Below are positions 50,035-64,000 of a stretch of 64,000 nt of DNA, in pieces; position 1 is the first letter of the stretch, and the number at the start of each line of letters is the position of its first letter. Source of the stretch: Lepidodermella squamata (Eukaryota; Animalia; Gastrotricha); contig JBLDXI010000054.1 in the NCBI GenBank assembly GCA_047495785.1, positions 3,782,001 to 3,846,000 on the forward strand, written 5' to 3'. A program made the position numbers and the translations under genes. Under the pieces are notes generated by a model. The model saw only the letters and a program-made list of their open reading frames with translations, was not told the origin of the DNA and searched no databases.

Positions 50035-50943
50035 CTATACTTCTGAATTTTCGTGAGGCGGGACAGTCGATATCGCATCTGCCAAACTCCGATTCTCTGA
50101 AGTATTCTAAACAAATGACAACGTTCAAATTTAGAATTTTGAGAATTATTCGAATTTTACCGAGGGTTTCCATCTTTGAGTGTCGATGGCGTCTACGTTG
50201 ATATGAACCGGCTCAACTTCGCACAGCTCCTCGCCGACGAATGTGAGTTTAAACAGAGTATGAAGGGGAACTTCTATGTAGGGAAGTTCCTGAGGAGTTT
50301 TGTTGAGGAGCTTAGCAAATATGCACCGCGCCACTGCTTGATGGCAGATGATTAAAAGACGATCGCGCTTTTTCAGTTCTTCGTAAACTGGCTCGAGCCT
50401 TCGCAAAACATCTTCATAGGATTCGCCTTTCGGGTATCTATATCTATATTTGTCTTGGTCTCTGAGGGCAAACTCGAGAGGAAATCTAAAAAATCGAAGA
50501 AAACAATATATTAATAACATCCTTAATTTATAAATTTGGATAAGATGGTCGAAAATATTGAGAAAAATATCATACCTTTCGGCGATTTCCTCGTAAGTCA
50601 GCCCATCACAGACACCGCCATTTAATTCATCAAGTTCTGATTTGTGTTCAACGGCCAAACAGCGGATGTGTTTTGCTGTTTGCTTAGTTCTTTTGTAATT
50701 GGATGTCCACACCGTCAAATCGGGAATGCCTAATGAGTCGAGGTATTTCGCCAATTCTCTGGCATATCTATCGAAAAATAATATCATTTTAAACCAAAAA
50801 ATCTGGAAACTCATCTTGAAAGCTTACGTGTTCCCATTGGTAGACAAATCACCGTCACCTCCGATTCGGCCGGTTCGGTTGAAATCAGACTCGCCGTGTC
50901 GGGTGATGAATATAACTCTTTTAACCGAATCAGCTCCGGTCAT
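50035..50943 (-). CDS. Stand-alone fructose-2,6-bisphosphatase (PFKFB paralog lacking the kinase domain), 4 exons
   Basis: ATG 50943 (in-frame TAA immediately upstream): MTGADSVKRVIFITRHGES...WTS..KRT...[14 protein letters not shown]...YRYPKGESYED...ICHQAV.R...LPYIEVPLHT...TVPPH. Introns 50827-50768, 50575-50486, ~50160-50107. Confidence 0.88.
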
Positions 50944-52731
50944 TTAGAGTAAGAAATAAATTTCTAATAAAGAAAAAATGGTGTGTAAAAAAAATAATGT
51001 GACCGCGATAGTCAAAACATTATCAACCCACGTGATAAGACATGTCTAGAATATCGTACAAAAACAACACAGTCACTTGACTAACTTTATCGCGGTGTAT
51101 GAAAAGGTGCAGTTCAGTTCAAATGGCAGTATTCGTAATAAATTACGCTATGATTATGCCATGCACACGTTTTCTTTCTACTAGAAAGAAAAGGTGTGTA
51201 CTGGCCTGTCTAGAACTAGACCACAATGCCGAAAACTAAGCTAGGTATTTCTACTGCGCAATGAGCGTGTTCCGCCATGTAATGCAGCACGCTATATCTG
51301 TGCTGCTCATGACAATATCAATCCAAGAATAGGAAGATGGGTAAACAAATAATAGAGGAAAAAATTGCCGGGTAATGCACATGACACACCGCTTGAAAGC
51401 CACGCCATTCTGTATTTACGCGAACCTTGGACCCGCGACCTTTGCTCCACGCCCTCAATTTTAAGCTGGAGCCATAAAATCGGTGCCAAAACAGCACGCG
51501 ATTTCTCAAAAACAAAAATTCCAGTAAGGAATCGTGCTATATCCCGCTGCGTAGTAGCGCATTTTCAGGGTTCAAAGTCCAATTTTTTGCCCAGGAAAAT
51601 CAAATACTACGATAATACAGTGCTGTGTTACGAAATACAGCTGCGCGCTAGTCAATACGATCCGCTTTCGTAGTGCTGTAGCCACGCGCTGTCGCATCGT
51701 GCCGCGCCCTTTTTGCTCAATCGATCAATAAATATCCGACGTCAAGCACGTAATAGCATCTTTTCATTCTACTCAATGAGCAAAGTTTGTATCCTGATTT
51801 CAGACGCTATCCACACCGTCTGCAAATTAACGCGAAAGGCGATTATGTATAAATAACTCACGTGTCTCGGTTAAAAATATCTCGCAAAAATCTAAGCATA
51901 TACGAAACCCCGAGATTAATTGAATGATAGAAATAATGATAAAACAAAAATAACAGATAACTTTGCAGTTTATTGTTGCAAATTTCACAGGGAAAGAAAG
52001 CACAAAATAATAATAATAATTAAACAATCTATACGGAACTAAACATCATCATCGGTTGGAAAAGTCACGAATCATCGCACGAATGAGACAAAAACAAGCA
52101 AAATAGAGTTCGATTCATATACTTTAATCGAGACTGTTACAATAAGCTAGAGACAGTATACACTACGTCCTCATCGCTGCAAGATGTCTGGCTATTAAGG
52201 GCGGCTCATACGATTTCCACCCCGGCTCTACAGCAAGAAAAGAGGTCGAAAAATGTTGGTTATACTGCAAAATGGCAGGCTACGTCGTGGTGCATGAAGG
52301 GTAATAGCAAGAGTAGTAGTATTACTAGTAGTAGTCGTAGTATGATTCGGGAGATGGAAGAAAAAAAGGCGGCGAATGCGCATGTTTGCACACCCTCTGC
52401 GGCCATAATACTCATTAGGTATATTGTATATACTTTATTGAGGCGCGTACGAGGCTCAATCGTGATAATAGAAGCCGGGTTTTTTCCTATTACAACATTT
52501 TTTCTTCAAATGCATATATACCCGACCAGTCTGTAATGAGAAAGTACATTGATGCGTTTCTCGATCAAAGTAGAGGGAAACCCGGAATTATCAGAGATAA
52601 ACAATTCCGAGTTACTATAAAACTGTTTTAACTTTGATGCAATTGAATTTGGAACAGCCTGCGAAGATAGTATAAGTAATGCAAAATGCATAACCGGTTG
52701 ACGGAGAGAAAGCTGGAAGGTAACGTAGAAG

Positions 52732-54353
<1,622 letters not shown>

Positions 54354-55185
54354 TAAAAAATAAAGATCTATAAATAACATCAGATATGGGTCAAATTACC
54401 AGGCCCGTAAATGAAGCGCAAGCGATATCAAATTGGTAGCAGCAAGCGGACTCTTGCAGAACTTAAATCTACGGCTTCTAACTCGAGACCGCAAAATCTG
54501 TAATGCCTCCGAAGTCTGAGGATGAATTTTGCCACTACAAACAAACTTGGCTCTTTTGGAAAAGGCGTCTGCAACTGAACGCTCAACTTCAACAGCTCGT
54601 ACGTTAATCAATCGGCCGAGGTTTACGCCTCAATGGTACGTATTTTACGGCTCAAACCATCGCCAACATGCATGCTATGCATACCATGTTGTGGCCATCG
54701 CCCTACACCCAACGAGCTTTACCATGAAAGCTGCGGCCAACATAAAATCTCCTTTCGCGTCAGCCAATGGCTTGTCCATTTCTGACGTTAGTACCTATGT
54801 TCAACTGTTCGCATTCGCAGAAAATATATCGCGCATTTTCTGAAGAATGACCGCTCTATCGAGTCACTGATTTGGGCAATAATGAAAGAGAACAACAAAT
54901 TCTGTCCCACGTACAAACTTTCGCCAACACTCCGTCAACTGGGATGACTTTGACATTCCAACGCTATTCTAAAACTTAACCGTCGAATCTTATTCCATCA
55001 CAGGCATCAGAAAATGTACCCCCAATGAAAGCTTTTTAAATAATATTCTCCATATTCAAATAAGGGTCAGAAAAGTCAAGCAAGTATTTCTTTACTTCAA
55101 ATATACCTGGGACTAAATTAGATACCATCATCCCTAGTGATGGTAACTATAGTCGATGGTAACTATAATGCTTATTTAATATCTA

Positions 55186-55627
55186 TGTCGTATCGTATAA
55201 GGCAATCCCCCCAATTGCCGATAGAGATAACTCAATTAGCAATCCGAAAGTTGCTTTTTGCCTGATGTTTTCATCAGCCTTCAGGTTATTGAATTATAAT
55301 CTATCTCATATTAAAGAGCCCGAATAGCCCTATCGATTGGTCTGCTAATAGATTAATAAATAGTTTAAATGGACCTAGAAGACCAGAAGACTGTTGCAGT
55401 GAAAATACGCTAGCTTTTTAAAAATTCATAAAACACGCAGTTACGGAAGAAGTTATTAGGGATAATGGGCTCTGCTAGATAGGCGAAGGGCTATTCTGCA
55501 ATCTTGCTTGGTTTCCAAATTTAAAAAACTGATTAAAATAACTGAAAGTGACGCTGGGAACAATTCGGATTGCTCATTGGGATATCTCAATCGGCTATTG
55601 GGAGAAATTGCCTTATACGATACGACA
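55186..55627. mobile_element. Non-autonomous TIR element with TGT...ACA ends and 4-bp TSD (Ginger-like)
   Basis: Imperfect ~63-bp TIRs starting TGTCGTATCGTATAAGGCAAT; TCTA duplicated at 55182-55185 and 55628-55631. Confidence 0.75.
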
Positions 55628-57085
55628 TCTACATGGAAGCAAATTAATGCTCTAAATGATAGAACGCGTGGCTTAAGGATGTATCCGGTAATCCATATCC
55701 ATCCCTGAATGAAAATTTCAAAGCAAAAATCCTCGACTATATCAATGATCGGGTTTCTATAAGGTCTCTTCATTAATCTATTCTCAGCAATAGAAAAAAC
55801 TAGAAATATAAAGTAACCTACAAATACTAATGATAAAATGCTTTCGTTTAATTTAAAATAGCTTCTTATATCAACCTTCTACCTTATTCGCGCATGGATG
55901 TGATCAATTATTCACGTGAAATACATAAGGGCGTAAGTTTCAAAGTTACTTTCAATTTATCAATTTGGAATATCACGTTTTCAGTGACATCTCAGGATCC
56001 GCTCGTCGCATGTGCACGCCGGACCCCATACCCGTCGCGTCACACGTTGGACTAGCCTCGTTTGATAAGAACTCACATCATATAAATTGGACTATAAAAT
56101 AACCTCAAAAATGACGCTGTGAAAGAGTTTTACAAGCTCTTATCTGATAAAACGCATTTTTAGTGCGTAGTAAGTAGTAAGGCGTAAAATATTAGTTTGG
56201 TTAGTTGTGAATGGGGTATAAATTGATCATGTGCACTCATACCAAACATGGTGAACTTGCCAAGTGAACAAATGTAACTGAATCGGTGCAATTAACCTTC
56301 AAGCTAGTACGTAGGCTCCAATAAACCTACTGCAGATAATTGTCTCCATAGGCTTATTAAGGAGTCAACAATCACAACGGCATGGTTATTTTTCCATAAT
56401 CTACTAACCACTTCTTCGATCAGTTAATCAACAGCCCACTTCTATTGCTCGAGTAATAGCTGATATTGAATCCGCAAAGATATTGTACTGGCACGTGTAT
56501 GTATTCTAATTGCGATAATGTCGTATAGGTAAACTAGATTCTGGATTAGAAGGCAGAACCTAAACAGAGGGCAATTTCATTTATACTGCAGAGGCTTGAA
56601 AACGGAAGTGTACAACTTATAACAGCTTAAGGCTCAGTTCAAACAACAGAGGGCACAGCTGAAATAAAGGGCAGGCCTCGTTTATAAGGCAGGGGTCTGA
56701 AATTGATTAAAAAAATGAAGCAGTGCCTTCTAATTCTATATTTTACAATAAGTAAAGGCAAGATACTCTCAGACGTGGGGGTGGATTCTTTTGGCTTGGT
56801 TTGCTTTCGCCTTCCTCAAAACCCGAAATGGTATATGTAGACACTCAGTCGCGGGGAAGTAAAACAATGAAATCATTTCATTTTTAATTCTAATAGTAAG
56901 TGGTATGATATAATTGCAAATTGCATCAATTTGGAAAGCGGAAAGATATTAATGAAGAAAACGACATCAAAACCTACGCGAATGAGACAATTGATAGAAA
57001 TTTGGAAATAGCACGGACTCAGAACTCACGACTCGCTGTCTGCAGTATAAAGGATTCTCGATGCCAGGCGTCAACGAAGAACTAA

Positions 57086-57303
57086 AGTAGTATTCACATA
57101 TTAAACGTGTCTCTTGTCTCTCAAGAGACATGGAGAGACATGGAGACAAGTGCAATGTCTCTTTGCACTTGTCTCTTGTCTCTAGCGTTTCTCTTGCATC
57201 GCTCATGTCTCCTGTCTCCTTGTCTCTAATTTGTGAATCGGAAAAGAGACGAGAAGACAAGAGACAAGACGAATTCGTGGCTCTTTAATATGTGAATACT
57301 ACT
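57086..57303. mobile_element. MITE with TAA TSD (PIF/Harbinger-like)
   Basis: Perfect 20-bp TIRs AGTAGTATTCACATATTAAA / TTTAATATGTGAATACTACT, TAA on both flanks; interior filled with GAGACA/TGTCTC units in both orientations. Confidence 0.85.
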
Positions 57304-58478
57304 TAAGTCTAATCATAATCATAGCTAGTCGTTTGTACGCGAAAACGAGGCAAAATTGTCTGCGCGAAAGCTGACAGATTTGGGAAAACTAAGAGATTAG
57401 TCAGAGTAAGTGGCTGTGATAAGTTTTCAGCAATAGTTAAAAGTTTGCGGTGTCGCGGTATGAAATTTCCGAGCGATGCTCGACGCTGAATGTCAAATTA
57501 GAGTAAATTGCGATATCAGTGCCATCGATTTGCCAGAAAGGGAATAATCATACGCGAATGGGCGACGGGCGAATACTGAGCACGGCAGTGCATGACAGGG
57601 GTCAGCTGAGGTGCGGGTTGTGAGGGCTTGAAACTGCGAGTGTCTCTCACCTGAGTTTGAGTTCGCGAAATTCTGCAAAATTTGATTTTCACCAATTTTA
57701 AAAACATATTTTTTTCTAAAATATCAAAAAGATTAATTGCATATTCTCAGTAAAATCTGCAACTAGTTTTAAGGAAATTGTTTTTTAGAGAAAGGAAAAG
57801 TTTTTCGTTTTCGTTCTGTCTGTTGTCAGAGTCGAGTCAGGGGGTCGAGAGATCGCCCTGGTGTGTACTGGTGTGTGGTGTGTACAGTTTGGTCAGGTGA
57901 GCGTTGAGAGCTGAGAGAAGAAGAAAGGACGTTCCCAATCGATCTCGGATCCCAACTTTTCATTACCTTGTTTTATGATTATGCCAGGGGTTTTTTATGT
58001 GTTGATTCTTGCGTGAGGGCAAGGGCGCCTTTAGGATACGGAAATGAGTAAGAAATGCTGTTTGCATTGCCGTGTGTCCCACATGCTTATTGCTCAGTTT
58101 TCACGTAATAGGGCTACATACCAGGCTGACAATCCAAAGGTCACATTTGTTATTTGTTGGATACTGGATACTGGTTACTGAGATAAGATCAAGGATGTAT
58201 CCACGATCCACGGCTGAGAACCTAAGGGTATCGTTACCATTTCCCATTTTTGAACCTGTCTGCACCTGGTTTCTTTTCTGATCCTGATTGATTATCGACA
58301 TCGTATGTCGTAAATATCATTAATTTTGGTTGCATACCGAGCATGTGATGTGAGCAGTCAACAGAAAGCTGGAAGCTTACACATTTTTATTTATTAAAGT
58401 GATATTTAATTTCAACTCATGTTGCTCCATTCATCCTATGTTCTTGTATTTTTAAATTAGAACGCTACTTGATAAAAT

Positions 58479-59273
58479 ATGGATGCATATTCTATGGTTC
58501 GTGGAGGTAAGCTCTCCTTGAAGTTGAAGAAAGGCACTACGAAATCTTCGTCATCTAAGAGAAAAGCATCGTCGGCTCCAACACAAGTAACGGCGGAGGA
58601 ATTGGATGAGAGGAAGCATGGAGGTTGGTGGGCTGTTTCTCGCCGGGCCGACGTGATCGGAAATATAGCTGTTGAGCTTGAAGACATGCGATACATTCGC
58701 TCTCTTGACAACGGTTGTTTTGAATTGGGTCAATCGCACTCAGCTGGAGAATCGCCGGATCCGGAGGAAATGTTATTGGCGGTAAAAGTAGCAGGTTCGG
58801 ATAAATTCAGTTTTAAAACTGGCTTCGGAAAGTTTGTCGGAATTAACCCTTCTTCCGGGGAGCTGGTTGCTACTGCCGATGCGATTGGTCCAATGGAAAT
58901 GTGGGAATTGACGCTAGAAGATGACAAAACGGTTCTGTCTTGTGGTAAGAAAGGATTGCTCTGTGTTCGCTCGGATGGAAGCATTGGCTGTGCTAGTGAA
59001 AAGGCGAATGATGCTAGCAAAATGAAGATACGGTCATGCGCTTCGCGCAAAGTCGACCCTAAAGACAGCCTTCCGGTCGAAGAGCGTGGTGGCGTGAAAC
59101 AGACAGAAATCAACTACGTAAAAAGTTTTCAAGCTGGATGGGTTGCAGAGAAACGCTTGAAATTGACATCAACTGACAAGACTTCGTTGCAATCCGCTCG
59201 CAAAGAAGGCACTTTTCACGAGGCTCTGCTCGATCGCCGTGAAAAAATTAAATCTGACAAGCATTGTAAATAG
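58479..59273 (+). CDS. FRG1: FRG1 homolog (intronless CDS)
   Basis: YSMVRGGKLSLK, HGGWW, PDPEE, KTGFGK, ADAIGPMEMW, EINYVKSFQ, ARKEGTFHEALLDRREKIKSDKHCK. Confidence 0.95.
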   Translation: MDAYSMVRGGKLSLKLKKGTTKSSSSKRKASSAPTQVTAEELDERKHGGWWAVSRRADVIGNIAVELEDMRYIRSLDNGCFELGQSHSAGESPDPEEMLLAVKVAGSDKFSFKTGFGKFVGINPSSGELVATADAIGPMEMWELTLEDDKTVLSCGKKGLLCVRSDGSIGCASEKANDASKMKIRSCASRKVDPKDSLPVEERGGVKQTEINYVKSFQAGWVAEKRLKLTSTDKTSLQSARKEGTFHEALLDRREKIKSDKHCK

Positions 59274-59379
59274 ATTTCCAATGTATTCAACCAAGTCTTT
59301 TCACGTCTTTATTAAATAACTTTTGTTATTAAGCATACTGTTGATTTTAGGATCTTAATATATTAATATATTGTGAAAT

Positions 59380-60958
59380 ATGCTTCGACTTGCATCTCCA
59401 ATTACCTCGAGGTGCATTTTCATTCGAAATCTGTCATCTCAGCATGGAATAATTGAAAAAGCTTTTGTCGGTGGGCGGTACGTGGAAGCGAACGGTGGAA
59501 AGAAGTATGAAGTTGTCAACCCTAGCACTGGTGAAGTTATCGGTTTTGCTCCCGACATGGGCGAAGCCGAAACTAAGACTGCTATTGATCACGCATACAA
59601 AGCTTTTTCTACGTTCAAAAATACCCTCGCTAAGGTAATATCTTTAATCCGTGGAGCTTCCTTCGATATTTTTTGTATTTCAGGATAGAGCTGCAATGTT
59701 GGAGAGAATGCGCGATATACTTGTAAAAAACGTCGACGCTTATGCGAAAATTTTAACTTTGGAAATGGGAAAGCCGTTTCCGGAAGCTAAAGGCGAAATA
59801 ATGTACTCAGCCAGCTACATGGATTGGTTCGCCGGAGAAGCTCGCAGAGTATACGGCGATGTAGCCCCTGCTGGGGTTCCAAATCGACGCCTTGTTTTCA
59901 TCAAACAACCTGTTGGTGTTGTCGGATCAATCACACCGTGGAACTTTCCATCGGCCATGCTTGCGCGCAAAGCCGGAGCTGCTTTGGCAGTCGGCTGCAC
60001 AATGGTTACGAAACCTGCCGAAGACACGCCATTCTCTTCGGTTATTTTTGCGAAGGTAGCACAGGAAGCTGGAGTTCCGCCAGGAGTCATTAATGTCGTA
60101 ACATCTAGTCGAGAAAATGCTCCGATTGTGGGGCGAACTCTTTGCGAGAGTCCTCTCGTCGCTAAAATCTCATTTACGGGCTCGACAGCAGTTGGAAAAT
60201 TATTGATGAAACAAGCTACAAGTACTATGAAACGTTTCTCGGGCGAGCTTGGCGGTAATGCGCCATTCATCGTTTTCAACTCCGCGAAATTAGATCAAGC
60301 TATAGCAGGCATTATGGGAAGCAAATTCCGCGCCTCGGGCCAAACTTGCGTTTGCGCTAATAGGATCTTTGTCCAGGAAGGAATTTACGACGCGTTTACC
60401 AAAGCTCTCGCCGAAGCTGTTCAAAAGCAGCTCAAAGTCGGTGATGGGTTTGCTTCGGGTGTAACTCAGGGCCCCCTTATAAACCAGCGAGCTGTCGACA
60501 AAGTGAAAGGCCTCGTTGATGATGCTGTAAATAAGGGCGCTAAAGTAGTTTGTGGTGGAAAGGTTCATCCAAAATTGGGTGGAAACTTTTTCCAACCAAC
60601 AATTCTGACAGAAGTCGGGCCTGGAATGGAAATTTTTACCGAGGAAATTTTCGGTCCCGTTGCGAGCGTTATCAAATTTAAAACTGAGGATGAAGTTGTT
60701 AATCTTGCGAATGACACGCGAGCTGGGCTGGCCTCATACTTTTTCTCGCAGGATTATAGCCAAGTGTGGCGAGTTGCTGAGAAACTCGAATATGGCATGG
60801 TGGGAATCAATGAGGGCATGCCATCCAGCGTCGAAATTCCGTTCGGCGGTGTAAAAGAATCTGGAATTGGCCGCGAAGGCTCTAAATATGGTGTCGACGA
60901 CTATTTACACCTCAAAGTAATGTGTTTCGGAAATGTTGAATCTGCGTCTTCCAATTAG
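59380..60958 (+). CDS. ALDH5A1: Succinate-semialdehyde dehydrogenase, mitochondrial (2 exons)
   Basis: Intron 59635-59683. ARRVYGD, ITPWNFPSAM, KPAEDTP, SFTGST, ELGGNAP, KFRASGQTCVCANR, EEIFGP, GREGSKYG. Confidence 0.95.
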
Positions 60959-61223
60959 TCCGTTGATTGCATGGCAATATAAAAGTCAGTAGCTGATAAC
61001 GATTACGATATTGTAACATAAAAATACAATGAAAAAAACATAAAAATGATTCTTTCACGTTATCCCGTCGAATCGGTTGTGCTCATATATTTACCTGGTT
61101 GATTTTTTTTACCTATTTTGATCGAATTGATACAGAAAGATATTTTGATGATTTGTGGCCTTATTATAAACGTCTTCCATGTTGTATTCGATTTTCTCTT
61201 GTATTATTTTAGGTATTTTGATA

Positions 61224-64000
61224 ATGCATTTTAATGATCAAGATGGTTCCGAAAAGCGTAATATTGCGATTCGAGTCGCTCGACAGGCATACACCTGGTC
61301 GAATTTCAATCATCAGTTCGAACATCAAATCGATCCATCATTTTCTATAGTCAGATCTGTTCGGCGGTTCTTCGCCTCATGTTGCACACCTCGGTGCCTC
61401 AAGAACACCTTCCTACGTTTTCTACCGTTCATTTCTGTTTTGGCGAATTATAACTGGAAGCGAAATTTGGTTCGTGATGTTATTGCCGGTGCTACTGTTG
61501 CGGCCATGCATATCCCGCAGGGTATGGCCTACGGTCAGTTGGCGACATTGCGGCCAGTTCACGGTCTTTATGTCTCGTTCTTCCCCGTTCTTTTGTACTT
61601 CTTTTTCGGAACTTCCAATCATATGAGCATCGGCAGTTTTGCCGTCATTTCACTAATGGTCGCGAAGGTCTTGGATGGTGAGCTGTCGAAGGATTTTTTC
61701 AGTCACCTGGCGACCTCCAACGAAACTAACATGACAAATTCAACAGATGCAATATTTAACAATACAGCATTTTCCAATTCTTCCGCAACGAACTCTTCGA
61801 CGTTTGATGATAGAGAGTTGGCTGTTAGGGTGGATTTAGCAGTTTCTTTGAATTTGATCACTGGTGTCATGCAAGTCCTGCTTGGCCTTTTCGGAGCCGG
61901 CTTTATTGCGCAGTATTTGTCGGACCCTTTCATTTCTGGCTACACGACTGGATGTGCTTGCCAGGTTTTCACATCTCAGTTGAAATATGTTTTTGGAGTC
62001 AATATCATACGACGGACCGGTGCATTCAAAATATATCACACCTTTCACGATGTTGTTGTTAACATTGCGCGGACAAATCTGATCACATTAGGAGTCTCTG
62101 TCGCAGCTACTGCCTTCCTCTTAGTTTGCAAATTGGCCATCGATCCGAAACTGAAACGATTAATGCCGATGCCCATTCCGGCAGAGTTGATTCTGATGAT
62201 CGTGGCATGTGCTGTGTCTTATTTAGTCGATCTTGGCCCGTCACATGCCGTTCAAGTCGTGGGCAAAATACCGTCGAATTTCCCCATGCCTAGGGTGCCT
62301 ACTTATTTTGACCCTCAGTTGATAATAGACGCGATTCCTCTGGTGTTGGTGTCTTACTCTCTATGCATTTCTATGGGAAAACTACTAGCTAAAAAGCACG
62401 GCTATAAAATTCGGCCGAATCAAGAATTCTTGGCGATAGGCATTTCGAATACTGTCAGTTCGTTTTTTGACTGTTACACCGCTTCGGCATCGATGAGTCG
62501 GTCCCTTGTTCAATCGAATGTCGGCGGGCAAACTCAACTGGCCGGTGTTGTTTCATGTGCGATCATTTTATCCGTAATTCTCCTCCTGGGTACACTGCTC
62601 CAGCCGCTACCGACCTGTATTCTTGCCGTAGTTGTCATGGTCAACCTTAGAGGAATGTTTCTCCAGGCTTCAGACCTCAAAAAATATTGGAGACATTGTA
62701 AAATCGACGTCGTAACATGGCTGGTCGCTTTTCTGTCTACCGTTCTTATCGATGTCGATATCGGTCTTTACATGGGTGTCGGCTTTGTTTTGCTCACCGT
62801 TGTATATCAAAGTGCCCGGGTTCACGTTTCGATTCTGCGGCAAGCTGGAAATACCGAATTATTCGCGCAGAATCGCCGCTACGGTGGCGTAAGTATTACT
62901 AATTTGTTGAAGAAATGTTTCCTATATTGTTTTTATTCCAGCTTTCTTCCACACATCCGGCGTTGGTGCTCAAGTGGAATGCGCCTATTTATTTCGCTAC
63001 TGCCGACAAATTTATTTCTTATGTTGCAAAATCAGCTAGCGTGTCGTTTGAACAAAACTCGGCTGATATTGGAATGAAATCAGATTTTTCAAATGAATCC
63101 CGTGTCGCCGAGCTGGAACCCGTTAAACCGATATTTGGTGCCGAGGAGGTCGAAGAAGCACTTGTAATTACTTCATCCCAATCGGTTAAGGACACCGCCT
63201 CCGACCTTGCTTCACCTATTTCTGCTCAGACAAATTCAGCTCTTCCACGGCGTGGTCATAGCTCACTTAACCACAACGACGATTATACTAACCCTAACAA
63301 CTCTTCTTTCGATCCGACTAAAAATATTACAGCGATTGTGATCGACATGTCCGGTGTGATATTTATGGATACAGTTGGCCTCGATGCGATTCATCAGGTA
63401 ATTTTGCGATTGATATTTCATTGAAATATGTTAATCGTGTTTCACCAGCTCGCCCTCGATTTGTCTTCAAATAACGTTGACCTTCTGCTGGCATCTTGCC
63501 CTGAGCATGTGCTTAATATTTTGCAAACCGAGGAATCTCTGAAAGATTTCTGCCTTATGAACGTCTTTGTTTCGCCGATCGATGCGCTAGTTGCAGTTCG
63601 TCGCGGCGATTTCCTTGCGAAATTTACGTCTAAAAACGAACGCGAAAAGCATCGAACGCCGCCGACAAGGTCGCCGCAACACCACCGGCCCAGTTTGGTT
63701 GACAGTCAGCTGTCATTGATAAATTCGCAATTGGTAAGGATCACTCGAGATTTTCATTGTTATCTTCGGTTTTTGTCATTTTTAAAAAATCACCTGACCA
63801 TTGCACTATATGATATGAAAAGGCGTCAGGTCTTGGGTGCAAAGCTCCCGGTGGCAATGCTCAACCTAGTGCTAACGCACCATCTGAGGCAATGGCACCG
63901 AAAGTAAGCTCAGGCTTCGATTATCGGACGCCTGAATTCGCCGTTAATTTCACTTGCGTTGTTGTTGTGCCTTTACTAATTATTGTTTGGCCATTCACGG
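61224..64000 (+). CDS. SLC26/prestin-like anion transporter; continues beyond the window
   Basis: DVIAGATVAAMHIPQGMAYG, GLYVSFFP, FGTS.H.SIGSFAV, NQEFLAIG, SMSRS..Q..GG.TQ, STAS IVIDMSGVIFMDTVG; last donor near 63904. Confidence 0.93.

Noticed and set aside
57398-57421. Minus-strand TATCACAGCCAC resembling miR-2/miR-13
   Set aside because: No complementary arm to form a pre-miRNA hairpin.

Overview
Eukaryotic, almost certainly metazoan invertebrate, DNA from a very compact genome: about 21 protein-coding genes in 64 kb, GT-AG introns mostly 45-60 nt, and several intronless housekeeping genes. The species cannot be identified from this window. Genes in order: a secreted sushi/CCP mosaic protein (runs off the left edge), a mucin/proteoglycan-like type I membrane protein, an LC8 dynein-light-chain protein with a myristoylation-type start and N/Q/Y/G-rich arm, a small membrane protein, a highly divergent histone H4-like ORF inside a decaying repeat island (11-14 kb), an uncharacterised gene, ADPGK, a decayed non-LTR RT, B-Raf-like kinase, PNPO, DUS4L, a carbonyl-reductase-like SDR with Trp at the catalytic Tyr position, PrimPol (DxD variant), UBA5, a calcitonin-receptor-like class B GPCR, ACSS3, a DDX60-family helicase with fungal-like motifs, a phosphatase-only PFKFB duplicate next to full PFKFB, FRG1, SSADH/ALDH5A1 and an SLC26 transporter (runs off the right edge). 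Four short TIR elements with recognisable target-site duplications are present. Tightly packed co-oriented genes with an AG acceptor just upstream of each ATG suggest possible operons resolved by spliced-leader trans-splicing. Exon boundaries were inferred by eye and family assignments rest on remembered consensus motifs, not database searches.
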